A stretch of 64,000 nucleotides of DNA, taken from assembly GCA_037379345.1 (NCBI GenBank), contig CM074517.1, positions 24,614,001-24,678,000 on the forward strand, given 5' to 3'. The stretch comes from Perna viridis (Eukaryota). The translations under genes and the position numbers were made by a program. The notes under the pieces are model-generated. The model worked only from the letters and a program-made list of their open reading frames with translations, ran no database searches and was not told where the DNA came from. This document shows, piece after piece, positions 1 to 15,300 of the stretch (the stretch's first letter is position 1; each line of letters starts with the position of its first letter).

Positions 1-311
1 GGTTATATTATGCAGATTGTATCATTCAATAATACATCAATATCCTATTAAAATGCAATTAAATAAGTAAACAAAATACAGTTTGGCGTTAAGGGCAGTA
101 CACCAATGCTTCCGATATACATGGAACTGTAATCGATCAATACACATATTTCATTACAATCAATGCATAAATTCATAATTCTGGGCCTCTGTCGCCGAGT
201 CTTTGTCTAAAAGTGTACAGAGAAAGAACATTCATTGTGTACCTTAGGTAAAGGTAGCAAGGAATGAAATTTATATACCATTATAATGAATTCATCTTTT
301 GAGATACTAAC

Positions 312-392
312 CAGTTGTAGTGCTTATTGGTAACCTGGTTGTTGTATGTTCCATGGTAGAAAGTGTTGTGGACTGTGGACTTGTCGGATACA
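312..392 (-). CDS. Thr-rich linker exon (YPTSPQSTTLSTMEHTTTRLPISTTT)
   Basis: 81 nt, CAG acceptor, GTTAGT donor, phase 1-1. Confidence 0.75.
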
Positions 393-3300
393 CTGTGAAA
401 AAAAATGAACAAATGACTGTGGTCAGATCAGTACATAGACCTACTTAAAGAAAATGCAATTTTCTATTTTTTTTTATTTGTCATTCTGAAAGGATTCGCC
501 GATAATTATCTGTCATTATGCTTAATGAAATGATGAGCAAACTCTTAAACTGGATTTCGTGAAAGATGTTAAAAGACATTGCATATGCGAGCTTAACTCA
601 TTTGAATTTTAAAAAAAAACGGACTACCCAACTTCATTACATCCAAAACCAAGTTTTAATAAAGCAAATCCATTAATAAATGTTGTTCAACCTTAATATA
701 ACATTTCATACATATTGCCGTAAAAACATATTTTCCTTGAACAGATTTGCGAGAGGCTGGATTTACAACATTGGATACACTAGGTTTTTTAAGCAGTAAT
801 TTGTTGACAGAGTATTCACTTTAGACACTGATGTTTATTAATGTTGATTATAGATCCACCTATCTTTAATTAAGGTAAGACGGAAAATACGAGATTGTCA
901 AAAGAAAAAAAAAAGAGAAGAAACAAACAAGAAAAAGTCTCCCTTAAAAGTTCCAACATTGTTCAGATTTTGTTGGTGTAATATTTTTAATGTGTAATGT
1001 TTCTTTAAAAGTTAGTAACGCATTTTGAAATAGTCTTTTATTTGAAATAAGACGGATGACCTAGGGTAAGGAACATAACTCTTAAAATCAGCGATATTTT
1101 TGTATCATATTCAATTTCACCAAAACCTATCAAGCTTTCGTATGAAACAAAATGAAATCAGTCCTTGTTACCTTGATGTTTACACGAGATTGATATATAA
1201 TGTTGAATACAAACGTTCTAATGATTTGTAAGAATTGTGTCGCTTGCCCTACCTCCTGAAACTCATCCCTTGTCCGCATCCGTTATACCCCACCCCCCCC
1301 CAAACCCCCGCTATGCGTTTCCTTTTTTATTTAGTTCCGAACTGATTTTTTATTATCAAATTAATCCTCTTATTAACAAATCGTACCATAGGTCGTTCCA
1401 GCTGAAGTTTTCAATGTGGTACCAGAAGCTGCAATCATAAATGTATCATACTTTATATATACATATCACCGTTTTTAAAAGGGTATTAGGAACACTAACG
1501 CATTCAAACGACGGCTAGACAAATACGGGAGTGATTTTCCAATGATGTAAGATTTTATTATGGACTTTAACGTTTACAGCGACAGCAGCGCATTTTAGCG
1601 ATAAAGAAAAAGAGTCGACTATAGGAGTTGAGAAACATCAAAAGGTAAAAAAATGGAACTTTTTTTCCTTATATTTCAGTTACTTTTAAAATGTTCAATT
1701 TGGCAATGAAATAAAAACGATACAAATTTTTAAATATCTATTATTTGTTGTTATTGATATATTGAACTCTAGCTATACAGTTAATTCTAGACTTATTACA
1801 TAAATATACTACATTTCAAAAATTTTAAAAAAATATTGGACTTACTTGGAGTCTTTTCACAGACTTTAATCTTCAAGTTCTTTACCGACGGTACGACGTT
1901 GCCATCAGTAGGAGTAACATAGATTTCCACTCTATCACCAGGAACTGTCCCTTTAGCAATATCTTGGACGTCTACAGTAATTTGTTCATTTGGTTCAACC
2001 TAGTGAAAAAGTATTGTTATTTAATAGCTTCCTCACACAATTTATGAGCACAAAGTGAATGTGGTTCATTGCATTTTTTAGAATATTGGAATAAATTTGC
2101 ATACAAGAAAAATGATATTGTTCACTGTCTTTTTTTTTCAAAGAAAAAATATCTGAAAACCTATTCCATCAACAAAAAGAGAAACAGGAATGAAAATTGC
2201 ACCTACATTTATTGGTTCATCAAAAACAACATCGTCATCAACAGTAATTTTAATTCGAATCTCTTCCACATTTTCTGGCTCCAGTGAGACTTCCATGACT
2301 GGATAAGTCTCAGGAACTGTCAAAGTGACTGACGGGGTATTATCTAATTGTTGTGGCTTCCATCCATCAGGTGTCATTGCATCAAGAGCATCATCGGGGT
2401 TACTAGAGCTAAATGCTTCAAAACCAGGCATATCTGATAAATCTGATACCTCATCTATTGGGCATACTGGATATCCTGTAATTACGTTAAAATATTTTTA
2501 AAAAATATGAGGTAAGGTTTGCTCTAAGGTACAGTAGACCTAAGTGAAAACAATAGACTACAATGTTAAGCCATCTAGCGGATTTGCCTTTATAAAACGA
2601 TACTGGATAGTGCATCCAAACCTTTAAACAATAAAAGTCACAATTAAGTGCCAACAGGTGTCTGGTGAATAAAAGAGAGCAGTTACTTATTATGGGATTC
2701 TATATGTTATAAAAAATGTTCAACTCTATCAAGGTTTTAACCAACTAGTATAGATGAGATATATATGTTAAGGCTGTTTTATTAGCAAAATGAACTTAAA
2801 GAAGATGGACAAATTGATCATGAACTTTCATGAAGTGTTTCTGTTTTCTTTTTGTTTAATTATTTTTGTTTATTCTGGTTTTTTTTTTTGGAAGTCGGCA
2901 AAGTAAGACAGAACTTTGAAATAAATTACAGAAGTGACGTATGTCCTCCGCTCACTGGATCCGCTCATGTTGTATATTTGATGTCCAAATTAGGAATTCA
3001 CATTTTGCCAAAAGGGTACATTTTAATTTTAAAGAAATCACTTGTAGGTGTATAGTACCTTACTTACAAATCACTTGTAGGTGTATAATACCTTACTTAC
3101 AAATCACTTGTAGGTGTATAGTACCTTACTTACAAATCACTTGTAGGTGTATAGTACCTTACTAACAAATCACTTGTAGGTGTATAGTACCTTACTTACA
3201 AATCACTTGTAGGTGTATAATACCTTACTTACAAATCACTTGTAGGTGTATATACCTTACTTAATCTCGATGAACACTTTTATGGTTTTAGTAAAGACAG

Positions 3301-6300
3301 TCAATTGGCACTACATAATGTTTTGTAACGTTCCTTGGCTTTAAAGTAAAATTTTCATCAATATTTATTTTTGTAAATAAAAGTAAACAGATGTATTAAG
3401 TTGTCAAGTACTATTTAGAACTGTATTTAGATAGGTTTCAATATGGTGTTAAGAAGACAGAAAACAAAGGAATCTGAGCAGTAATCAAATGTGTCACCTT
3501 TGACCTTACAGGTTAGAAATTTACACATTATTTTGGTAATGTAGCAGCTGATGCAATCAAATCTTGTCTATTCAATTGTATAAGACATGAAATACTTTGA
3601 TAAAACCAATTAATAGATATAGATATTCGCATCAGATGGATTATAAAAATTACAAATAACGCTATTAAATACTTGTACAATTCTTACCAGTTGTAGTTGG
3701 AGGAGTCGTAGATAAAGTGACAGATGTTGATGGCGTCGTCTCACTGACGGTAAAAGGGGGAGTCTCTGTTACTGTGAACCCTGGGGCCGTCGTTGTTACT
3801 TCTACAGTTTAAAATAATAATCAAAGACATAACATAGATAAGAATAACTAGTAGAAAAAGTGTACGGCATTAATTGAAATAAAGTATTTCCGTTTGATAA
3901 ACGGATACAGAACAATCATATCATAATGACCAAAAAAAAAACAAACGTTAATTTAAAGAACGAAAATACGTTAATGTTGTTGATTGAATTTGAATTATGA
4001 AGTATCACAAAGGAACCCTGAGTGATTGCAAAACTCTTTTTTTCAAATCCTTTTCATATGACTTCTGTAAGTTAGGACCGAATCTAATTCGTTCCATGAG
4101 ATTAGCAAATGGGTGCTTCATGTAATGAGATGTATCGTCAAATTTTGTTGTCTCTACCAATGTGAATTTCCTACCACTGAAATCCGTCTTAATTTGAATT
4201 ACTTTTAAAAGGTCTGCAATACCTGGCAATATATGATTACCTGGTGTTATTGTAGTCGGTGATGTTGATGGCGGTTGAATTGTTGTTGATGCTGTAGTAC
4301 TACCTGTGGAACTTACTGAAACATAATTAAGAAAACATTACCTTTGTCCAACGATTCATTATTGGGTAAACATCTGAGAATATGCAAGCTTTTGTCGGAA
4401 ATATGCAAGCTTTGATATGTTTCGTCCCTTTTCAAATCTGAAGTTTTATATTTTTTATGAATCATTAACTTACAAATACAACCTGGGAATTTTTCGCAGA
4501 ATTTCATTTTCCAGTTAAAAAAAAAACAGGTTTTTCATGTTGTGAAATAGATACAGATCAATTGTCATTTGTAAAGTTCTTAGTTATGATAACTATACAA
4601 AATTAACCAAATGATATCAATAAATGTCAAGTATAGTTAACAAATTTTAACAGGAAGATTATTTAAATATCTTAAATCTTAAACAAGAGTTGTTGCAGTT
4701 GTTGATGTGGATGGAGGTTGAGCTGTTGGTGAAACGGTTGTTGATGCTGTGGTACTAACTATGAAATATAAGTGAGAAAACATCATCGTTTATCCAAAGG
4801 TTGACCACTGGGTAATCAATGATCAGAGTTTCCACCTGAGAACATAAAAGGTTTTGTCGGAAATATACAAGCTTGAATATTCTCCCAGTTTTTTCACATC
4901 TGCATTTTTCTGTTTTTTTTCCATTATTATTAAATAAAATGGTAAAGATATTGAATATGGCCCCTGTTCGAATTAACTATCACATATTACCTGGGAATTT
5001 TTCACAGACTTTTATCTTCAGGTTTTTAACAACAGGTGTTTCATAATCTAATGCTGGAGTGACATAGATTTCGATCCTGTCACCAGGAACAAGACCCTTC
5101 ACAATATCTTGGAGATCTTCCTCAACAGATCCATCTGGTTTCATCTGTAGATAAGAAAGAACACAAGCATATGAGTAGAACAAACCAATGAAGATATAAA
5201 TTTAAAGCTAAGTGTATACAAACATATATCAAATGAAATAAATTATACACTGTTGAAATAACTTCCACATTTCAATTTTCGTAATAAGGACTATAAACAA
5301 TAAAAGGTGTCATGGAACTACTTACATCAATTGGTTCATCCAAAATTTCTTCGTTTCCGTTTGTGACCCTGATGCGGACACTTTCTACATTCTCTGTATC
5401 AAACACCACATCCATTATAGGATAAGTGTCTGGAAGTGAGATGCCAACGAACGGTTGGTTGTCTCTATTTGATGGTTTCCATCCGTCAGGGGTCATGACA
5501 TCTGCAGCACCGTTTACATTAGAGGAACTTATGGGTTCCATTCTTGGTATATCTGAGACGTCAGTAGCATCTTCTTCATTACAAACTGGATACGCTGAAA
5601 TAAAGTCAATGTTTTATTATTCATTTCAAATGAAAAAAAATATAGCGGAAATACTGCGAAGGCATGTCTGTATACGAACAGTAGTAATTGTAGGCAAATC
5701 ATGCTCAATTTTTCATGAAAAAAAGAATCTGTCTTGCAAATAAATTAACCCAGAAAAAAACAAAAACATTTAAAAAGTATAAGAGTTCCTTGTCATTGTT
5801 GATACAGGAACGATTTGATCAGGTTATTGCACGAATAGCAGATATGTTATCAACTTTTCCTATTGGAATAAATGATCATCAATTCTATAATTAGTTCAGG
5901 ACAAAATAAAAAGTGAAAGTAATCACATATACAAACTAACCAGTAGTTGTTCCGGTAACTTCAGTAGCTGTTACTTCTGAAGTTGGTGTTGTCATAGAGG
6001 TATGTGAAGACATTCCTGTTGTGGTTGGTGTTTCACTGGTAGAAGGTGTAGTCGCTTTAGGAGCAGTTGTAGTCTCTGCAAATAATAACAGATAATCAAC
6101 ATTTTTCTTTATACAGGAGTTAATTTACTCAGTTCGTTTAAACACAGATATCAATATCATAGCTAGTGTACACCATAACATGAACTTTGTACGATAGAAA
6201 TATTGTTTTGTGATTTACATTTAAACAGGATACAGATAAATGGTCATTTGTATAGTTCTTAGTTATGATAACTATACAAAGTTAACCAAATGATATCAAT

Positions 6301-9300
6301 AAATGTCAAGTATAGTTAACAAATTTTAAAAGGAAGACTATTTAAATATATTAAATCTTAAACAAGACCTGTACCTTTCAGCTTTTTACACACTTTCACT
6401 TTGAGATTGCTGACTTCTGGAACCAAGTCATCTGATTCGGGAATAGGAAAGATTTCCACCTTGTCTCCAGGTACAACATTTCCATTCTCATCTGGCAAAT
6501 TAACATCAACTGTGCCATCAGGGGTCATCTAGGTTTAAGAAAAAGTTTATAAGTCATATAAGAAATTTCTATAATGCTTTAGTACGGCATAAAACTTTTT
6601 ATTTCCCATCAGCATTTTTCAAACTGTTCAAGATTAAGTATATGATCAAACAAAGTAATACCATGTAAAATATTCTTACAAACAAGGTCAAACAAATTTA
6701 AGACTATACTTTACCTCAACAGGTTCCTCAAAAACTACATCATCCCCATCCGTCACTTTAATGACAAATTTCTTTACATTTTTAGTTTCTGCTGTTACGT
6801 CCATGACAGATTCTGGCTCATCGAAGGTCACTGTAATGACTGGATTATCATCGTCTGGTTCTGGTTTCCATCCTTCGGGTGACATGACATCATCTGTATC
6901 TTCTGGATTACTGGAAGTTGTTACTTCACTGTTTGGTACTTCTGATGACTCAATTTCATCCTCAATTGGACACACAACTAAAATGAAAATAAGAAAACGT
7001 TGTTTTGTAGGGAAAAAGCCTTCTTTCGAAATCTACACTAGTTTAACTATCCAACGTGAAACACTTACAGGTATTAAAGGTACAATTAATGAGAACCGTA
7101 CTGTTAAATGCCTCCAAACTGTAATGTCAGATTACCATAGAACTTTGTTTTAAATTTGATTTAAATGTTTGGGATACAAAAAGACCTGTACGAAAAAATA
7201 ATGCCTGGTGATATATAATTACCTGGTGTTATTGGAGTTGTTGGAGTTGTTGATGTTGATGGAGGTTGAGCTGTTGTTGGTGAAACGGTTGTTGATGCTG
7301 TGGTACTAACTGTGAAATATAATTGAGAAAACATCATCGTTTATCCAAAGATTGACCACTGGGTAATCAATGATTAGAGTTTCCACCTGAGAACATAAAA
7401 GGTTTTGTCGGAAATATACAAGCTTGAATATTCTCCCAGTTTTTTCACATCTGCATTTTTCTGTTTTTTTTCTATTATTTTTAAATAAAATAGTAAAGAT
7501 ATTGAATATGGCCCCTGTCCGAATTAACTATCACATATTACCTGGGAATTTTTCACAGACTTTTATCTTCAGGTTTTTAACAACAGGTGTTTCATAATCT
7601 GATGCTGGAGTGACATAGATTTCGATCCTGTCACCAGGAACAAGACCCTTCACAATATCTTGGAGATCTTCCTCAACAGATCCATCTGGTTTCATCTGTA
7701 GATAAGAAAGAACACAAGCATATGAGTAGAACAAACCAATGAAGATATAAATTTAAAGCTAAGTGTATACAAAAATATATCAAATGAAATAAATTATACA
7801 CTGTTGAAATAACTTCCACATTTCAATTTTCGTAATAAGGACTATAAACAATAAAAGGTGTCATGGAACTACTTACATCAATTGGTTCATCCAAAATTTC
7901 TTCGTTTCCGTTTGTGACCCTGATGCGGACACTTTCTACATTCTCTGTATCAAACACCACATCCATTATAGGATAAGTGTCTGGAAGTGAGATGCCAACG
8001 AACGGTTGGTTGTCTCTATTTGATGGTTTCCATCCGTCAGGGGTCATGACATCTGCAGCACCGTTTACATTAGAGGAACTTATGGGTTCCATTCTTGGTA
8101 TATCTGAGACGTCAGTAGCATCTTCTTCATTACAAATTGGATATGCTGAAATAAAGTCAATGTTTTATTATTCATTTCAAATGAAAAAAAATATAGCGGA
8201 AATACTGCGAAGGCATGTCTGTATACGAACAGTAGTAATTGTAGGCAAATATCTAATCATGCTCAATTTTTCATGAAAAAAAGAATCTGTCTTGTAAATA
8301 AATTAACCCAGAAAAAAACAAAAACATTTAAAAAGTATAAGAGTTCCATGTCAATGTTGATACAGGAACGATTTGATCAGGTTATTGCACGAATAGCAGA
8401 TATGTTGTCAACTTTTCCAATTGGAATAAATGATCATCAATTCTATAAATAGTTCAGGACAAAATAAAAAGTGAAAGTAATCACATATACAAACTAACCA
8501 GTAGTTGTTCCGGTAACTTCAGTAGCTGTTACTTCTGAAGTTGGTGTTGTCATAGAGGTATGTGAAGACATTCCTGTTGTGGTTGGTGTTTCACTGGTAG
8601 AAGGTGTAGTCGCTTTAGGGGCAGTTGTAGTCTCTGCAAATAATAACAGATAATCAACATTTTTCTTTATACAGGAGTTAATTTACTCAGTTCGTTTAAA
8701 CACATATATCAATATCATATCTAGTGTACGCCATAACAGAAACTTTGTACGATAGAAATATTGTTTTGTGATTTACATTTAAACACGATACAGATAAATG
8801 GTCATTTGTATAGTTCTTAGTTATGATAACTATACAAAGTTAACCAAATGATATCAATAAATGTCAAGTATAGTTAACAAATTTTAAAAGGAAGACTATT
8901 TAAATATATTAAATCTTAAACAAGACCTGTACCTTTCAGCTTTTTACACACTTTCACTTTGAGATTGCTGACTTCTGGAACCAAGTCATCTGATTCGGGA
9001 ATAGGAAAGATTTCCACCTTGTCTCCAGGTACAACATTTCCATTCTCATCTGGCAAATTAACATCAACTGTGCCATCAGGGTTCATCTAGATTTAAGAAA
9101 AAGTTTATAAGTCATATAAGAAATTTCTATAATGCTTTAGTACGGCATAAAACTTTTTATTTCCCACCAGCATTTTTCAAACTGTTCAAGATTAAGTATA
9201 TGATCAAACAAAGTAATACCATGTAAAATATTCTTACAAACAAGGTCAAACAAATTTAAGACTATACTTTACCTCAACAGGTTCCTCAAAAACTACATCA

Positions 9301-12300
9301 TCCCCATCCGTCACTTTAATGACAAATTTCTTTACATTTTTAGTTTCTGCTGTTACGTCCATGACAGATTCTGGCTCATCGAAGGTCACTGTAATGACTG
9401 GATTATCATCGTCTGGTTCTGGTTTCCATCCTTCGGGTGACATGACATCATCTGTATCTTCTGGATTACTGGAAGTTGTTACTTCACTGTTTGGTACTTC
9501 TGATGACTCAATTTCATCCTCAATTGGACACACAACTAAAATGAAAATAAGAAAACGTTGTTTTGTAGGGAAAAAGCCTTCTTTCGAAATCTACACTAGT
9601 TTAACTATCCAACGTGAAACACTTACAGGTATTAAAGGTACAATTAATGAGAACCGTACTGTTAAATGCCTCCAAACTGTAATGTCATATTACCATAGAA
9701 CTTTGTTTTAAATTTGATTTAAATGTTTGGGATACAAAAAGACCTGTACGAAAAAATAATGCCTGGTGATATATAATTACCTGGTGTTATTGGAGTTGTT
9801 GCAGTTGTTGATGTTGATGGAGGTTGAGCTGTTGTTGGTGAAACGGTTGTTGATGCTGTGGTACTAACTGTGAAATATAATTGAGAAAACATCATCGTTT
9901 ATCCAAAGATTGACCACTGGGTAATCAATGATTAGAGTTTCCACCTGAGAACATAAAAGGTTTTGTCGGAAATATACAAGCTTGAATATTCTCCCAGTTT
10001 TTTCACATCTGCATTTTTCTGGTTTTTTTCTATTATTTTTAAATAAAATAGTAAAGATATTGAATATGGCCCCTGTCCGAATTAACTATCACATATTACC
10101 TGGGAATTTTTCACAGACTTTTATCTTCAGGTTTTTAACAACAGGTGTTTCATAATCTGATGCTGGAGTGACATAGATTTCGATCCTGTCACCAGGAACA
10201 AGACCCTTCACAATATCTTGGAGATCTTCCTCAACAGATCCATCTGGTTTCATCTGTAGATAAGAAAGAACACAAGCATATGAGTAGAACAAACCAATGA
10301 AGATATAAATTTAAAGCTAAGTGTATACAAAAATATATCAAATGAAATAAATTATACACTGTTGAAATAACTTCCACATTTCAATTTTCGTAATAAGGAC
10401 TATAAACAATAAAAGGTGTCATGGAACTACTTACATCAATTGGTTCATCCAAAATTTCTTCGTTTCCGTTTGTGACCCTGATGCGGACACTTTCTACATT
10501 CTCTGTATCAAACACCACATCCATTATAGGATAAGTGTCTGGAAGTGAGATGCCAACGAACGGTTGGTTGTCTCTATTTGATGGTTTCCATCCGTCAGGG
10601 GTCATGACATCTGCAGCACCGTTTACATTAGAGGAACTTATGGGTTCCATTCTTGGTATATCTGAGACGTCAGTAGCATCTTCTTCATTACAAATTGGAT
10701 ATGCTGAAATAAAGTCAATGTTTTATTATTCATTTCAAATGAAAAAAAAATATAGCGGAAATACTGCGAAGGCATGTCTGTATACGAACAGTAGTAATTG
10801 TAGGCAAATATCTAATCATGCTCAATTTTTCATGAAAAAAAGAATCTGTCTTGTAAATAAATTAACCCAGAAAAAAACAAAAACATTTAAAAAGTATAAG
10901 AGTTCCATGTCAATGTTGATACAGGAACGATTTGATCAGGTTATTGCACGAATAGCAGATATGTTGTCAACTTTTCCAATTGGAATAAATGATCATCAAT
11001 TCTATAAATAGTTCAGGACAAAATAAAAAGTGAAAGTAATCACATATACAAACTAACCAGTAGTTGTTCCGGTAACTTCAGTAGCTGTTACTTCTGAAGT
11101 TGGTGTTGTCATAGAGGTATGTGAAGACATTCCTGTTGTGGTTGGTGTTTCACTGGTAGAAGGTGTAGTCGCTTTAGGGGCAGTTGTAGTCTCTGCAAAT
11201 AATAACAGATAATCAACATTTTTCTTTATACAGGAGTTAATTTACTCAGTTCGTTTAAACACAGATATCAATATCATAGCTAGTGTACACCATAACATGA
11301 ACTTTGTACGATAGAAATATTGTTTTGTGATTTACATTTAAACACGATACAGATAAATGGTCATTTGTATAGTTCTTAGTTATGATAACTATACAAAGTT
11401 AACCAAATGATATCAATAAATGTCAAGTATAGTTAACAAATTTTAAAAGGAAGACTATTTAAATATATTAAATCTTAAACAAGACCTGTACCTTTCAGCT
11501 TTTTACACACTTTCACTTTGAGATTGCTGACTTCTGGAACCAAGTCATCTGATTCGGGAATAGGAAAGATTTCCACCTTGTCTCCAGGTACAACATTTCC
11601 ATTCTCATCTGGCAAATTAACATCAACTGTGCCATCAGGGGTCATCTAGGTTTAAGAAAAAGTTTATAAGTCATATAAGAAATTTCTATAATGCTTTAGT
11701 ACGGCATAAAACTTTTTTATTTCCCATCAGCATTTTTCAAACTGTTCAAGATTAAGTATATGATCAAACAAAGTAATACCATGTAAAATATTCTTACAAA
11801 CAAGGTCAAACAAATTTAAGACTATACTTTACCTCAACAGGTTCCTCAAAAACTACATCATCCCCATCCGTCACTTTAATGACAAATTTCTTTACATTTT
11901 TAGTTTCTGCTGTTACGTCCATGACAGATTCTGGCTCATCGAAGGTCACTGTAATGACTGGATTATCATCGTCTGGTTCTGGTTTCCATCCTTCGGGTGA
12001 CATGACATCATCTGTATCTTCTGGATTACTGGAAGTTGTTACTTCACTGTTTGGTACTTCTGATGACTCAATTTCATCCTCAATTGGGCACACAACTAAA
12101 ATGAAAATACGAAAACGTTGTTTTGTAGGGAAAAAGCCTTCTTTCGAAATCTACTCTAGTTTAACTATCCAACGTGAAACACTTACAGGTATTAAAGGTA
12201 CAATTAATGAGAACCGTACTGTTAAATGCCTCCAAACTGTAATGTCAGATTACCATAGAACTTTGTTTTAAATTTGATTTAAATGTTTGGGATACAAAAA

Positions 12301-15300
12301 GACCTGTACGAAAAAATAATGCCTGGTGATATATAATTACCTGGTGTTATTGGAGTTGTTGCAGTTGTTGATGTTGATGGAGGTTGAGCTGTTGTTAGTG
12401 AAACGGTTGTTGATGCTGTGGTACTAACTGTGAAATATAATTGAGAAAACATCATCGTTTATCCAAAGATTGACCACTGGGTAATCAATGATTAGAGTTT
12501 CCACCTGAGAACATAAAAGGTTTTGTCGGAAATATACAAGCTTGAATATTCTCCCAGTTTTTTCACATCTGCATTTTTCTGTTTTTTTCTATTATTTTTA
12601 AATAAAATAGTAAAGATATTGAATATGGCCCCTGTCCGAATTAACTATCACATATTACCTGGGAATTTTTCACAGACTTTTATCTTCAGGTTTTTAACAA
12701 CAGGTGTTTCATAATCTGATGCTGGAGTGACATAGATTTCGATCCTGTCACCAGGAACAAGACCCTTCACAATATCTTGGAGATCTTCCTCAACAGATCC
12801 ATCTGGTTTCATCTGTAGATAAGAAAGAACACAAGCATATGAGTAGAACAAACCAATGAAGATATAAATTTAAAGCTAAGTGTATACAAAAATATATCAA
12901 ATGAAATAAATTATACACTGTTGAAATAACTTCCACATTTCAATTTTCGTAATAAGGACTATAAACAATAAAAGGTGTCATGGAACTACTTACATCAATT
13001 GGTTCATCCAAAATTTCTTCGTTTCCGTTTGTGACCCTGATGCGGACACTTTCTACATTCTCTGTATCAAACACCACATCCATTATAGGATAAGTGTCTG
13101 GAAGTGAGATGCCAACGAACGGTTGGTTGTCTCTATTTGATGGTTTCCATCCGTCAGGGGTCATGACATCTGCAGCACCGTTTACATTAGAGGAACTTAT
13201 GGGTTCCATTCTTGGTATATCTGAGACGTCAGTAGCATCTTCTTCATTACAAATTGGATATGCTGAAATAAAGTCAATGTTTTATTATTCATTTCAAATG
13301 AAAAAAAAATATAGCGGAAATACTGCGAAGGCATGTCTGTATACGAACAGTAGTAATTGTAGGCAAATATCTAATCATGCTCAATTTTTCATGAAAAAAA
13401 GAATCTGTCTTGTAAATAAATTAACCCAGAAAAAAACAAAAACATTTAAAAAGTATAAGAGTTCCATGTCAATGTTGATACAGGAACGATTTGATCAGGT
13501 TATTGCACGAATAGCAGATATGTTGTCAACTTTTCCAATTGGAATAAATGATCATCAATTCTATAAATAGTTCAGGACAAAATAAAAAGTGAAAGTAATC
13601 ACATATACAAACTAACCAGTAGTTGTTCCGGTAACTTCAGTAGCTGTTACTTCTGAAGTTGGTGTTGTCATAGAGGTATGTGAAGACATTCCTGTTGTGG
13701 TTGGTGTTTCACTGGTAGAAGGTGTAGTCGCTTTAGGGGCAGTTGTAGTCTCTGCAAATAATAACAGATAATCAACATTTTTCTTTATACAGGAGTTAAT
13801 TTACTCAGTTCGTTTAAACACATATATCAATATCATATCTAGTGTACGCCATAACAGAAACTTTGTACGATAGAAATATTGTTTTGTGATTTACATTTAA
13901 ACACGATACAGATAAATGGTCATTTGTATAGTTCTTAGTTATAATAACTATACAAAGTTAACCAAATGATATCAATAAATGTCAAGTATAGTTAACAAAT
14001 TTTAAAAGGAAGACTATTTAAATATATTAAATCTTAAACAAGACCTGTACCTTTCAGCTTTTTACACACTTTCACTTTGAGATTGCTGACTTCTGGAACC
14101 AAGTCATCTGATTCGGGAATAGGAAAGATTTCCACCTTGTCTCCAGGTACAACATTTCCATTCTCATCTGGCAAATTAACATCAACTGTGCCATCAGGGT
14201 TCATCTAGATTTAAGAAAAAGTTTATAAGTCATATAAGAAATTTCTATAATGCTTTAGTACGGCATAAAACTTTTTATTTCCCACCAGCATTTTTCAAAC
14301 TGTTCCAGATTAAGTATATGATCAAACAAAGTAATACCATGTAAAATATTCTTACAAACAAGGTCAAACAAATTTAAGACTATACTTTACCTCAACAGGT
14401 TCCTCAAAAACTACATCATCCCCATCCGTCACTTTAATGACAAATTTCTTTACATTTTTAGTTTCTGCTGTTACGTCCATGACAGATTCTGGCTCATCGA
14501 AGGTCACTGTAATGACTGGATTATCATCGTCTGGTTCTGGTTTCCATCCTTCGGGTGACATGACATCATCTGTATCTTCTGGATTACTGGAAGTTGTTAC
14601 TTCACTGTTTGGTACTTCTGATGACTCAATTTCATCCTCAATTGGACACACAACTAAAATGAAAATAAGAAAACGTTGTTTTGTAGGGAAAAAGCCTTCT
14701 TTCGAAATCTACACTAGTTTAACTATCCAACGTGAAACACTTACAGGTATTAAAGGTACAATTAATGAGAACCGTACTGTTAAATGCCTCCAAACTGTAA
14801 TGTCAGATTACCATAGAACTTTGTTTTAAATTTGATTTAAATATTTGGGATACAAAAAGACCTGTACGAAAAAATAATGCCTGGTGATATATAATTACCT
14901 GGTGTTATTGGAGTTGTTGCAGTTGTTGATGTTGATGGAGGTTGAGCTGTTGTTGGTGAAACGGTTGTTGATGCTGTGGTACTAACTGTGAAATATAATT
15001 GAGAAAACATCATCGTTTATCCAAAGATTGACCACTGGGTAATCAATGATTAGAGTTTCCACCTGAGAACATAAAAGGTTTTGTCGGAAATATACAAGCT
15101 TGAATATTCTCCCAGTTTTTTCACATCTGCATTTTTCTGGTTTTTTTCTATTATTTTTAAATAAAATAGTAAAGATATTGAATATGGCCCCTGTCCGAAT
15201 TAACTATCACATATTACCTGGGAATTTTTCACAGACTTTTATCTTCAGGTTTTTAACAACAGGTGTTTCATAATCTGATGCTGGAGTGACATAGATTTCG

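Noticed and set aside
3035-3263. CRISPR array or coding repeat (ORF 2941-3165, ITCRCIVPYLQ)
   Set aside because: Head-to-tail units with no spacers, eukaryotic intron context, no cas genes; the ORF follows from the 33-bp period
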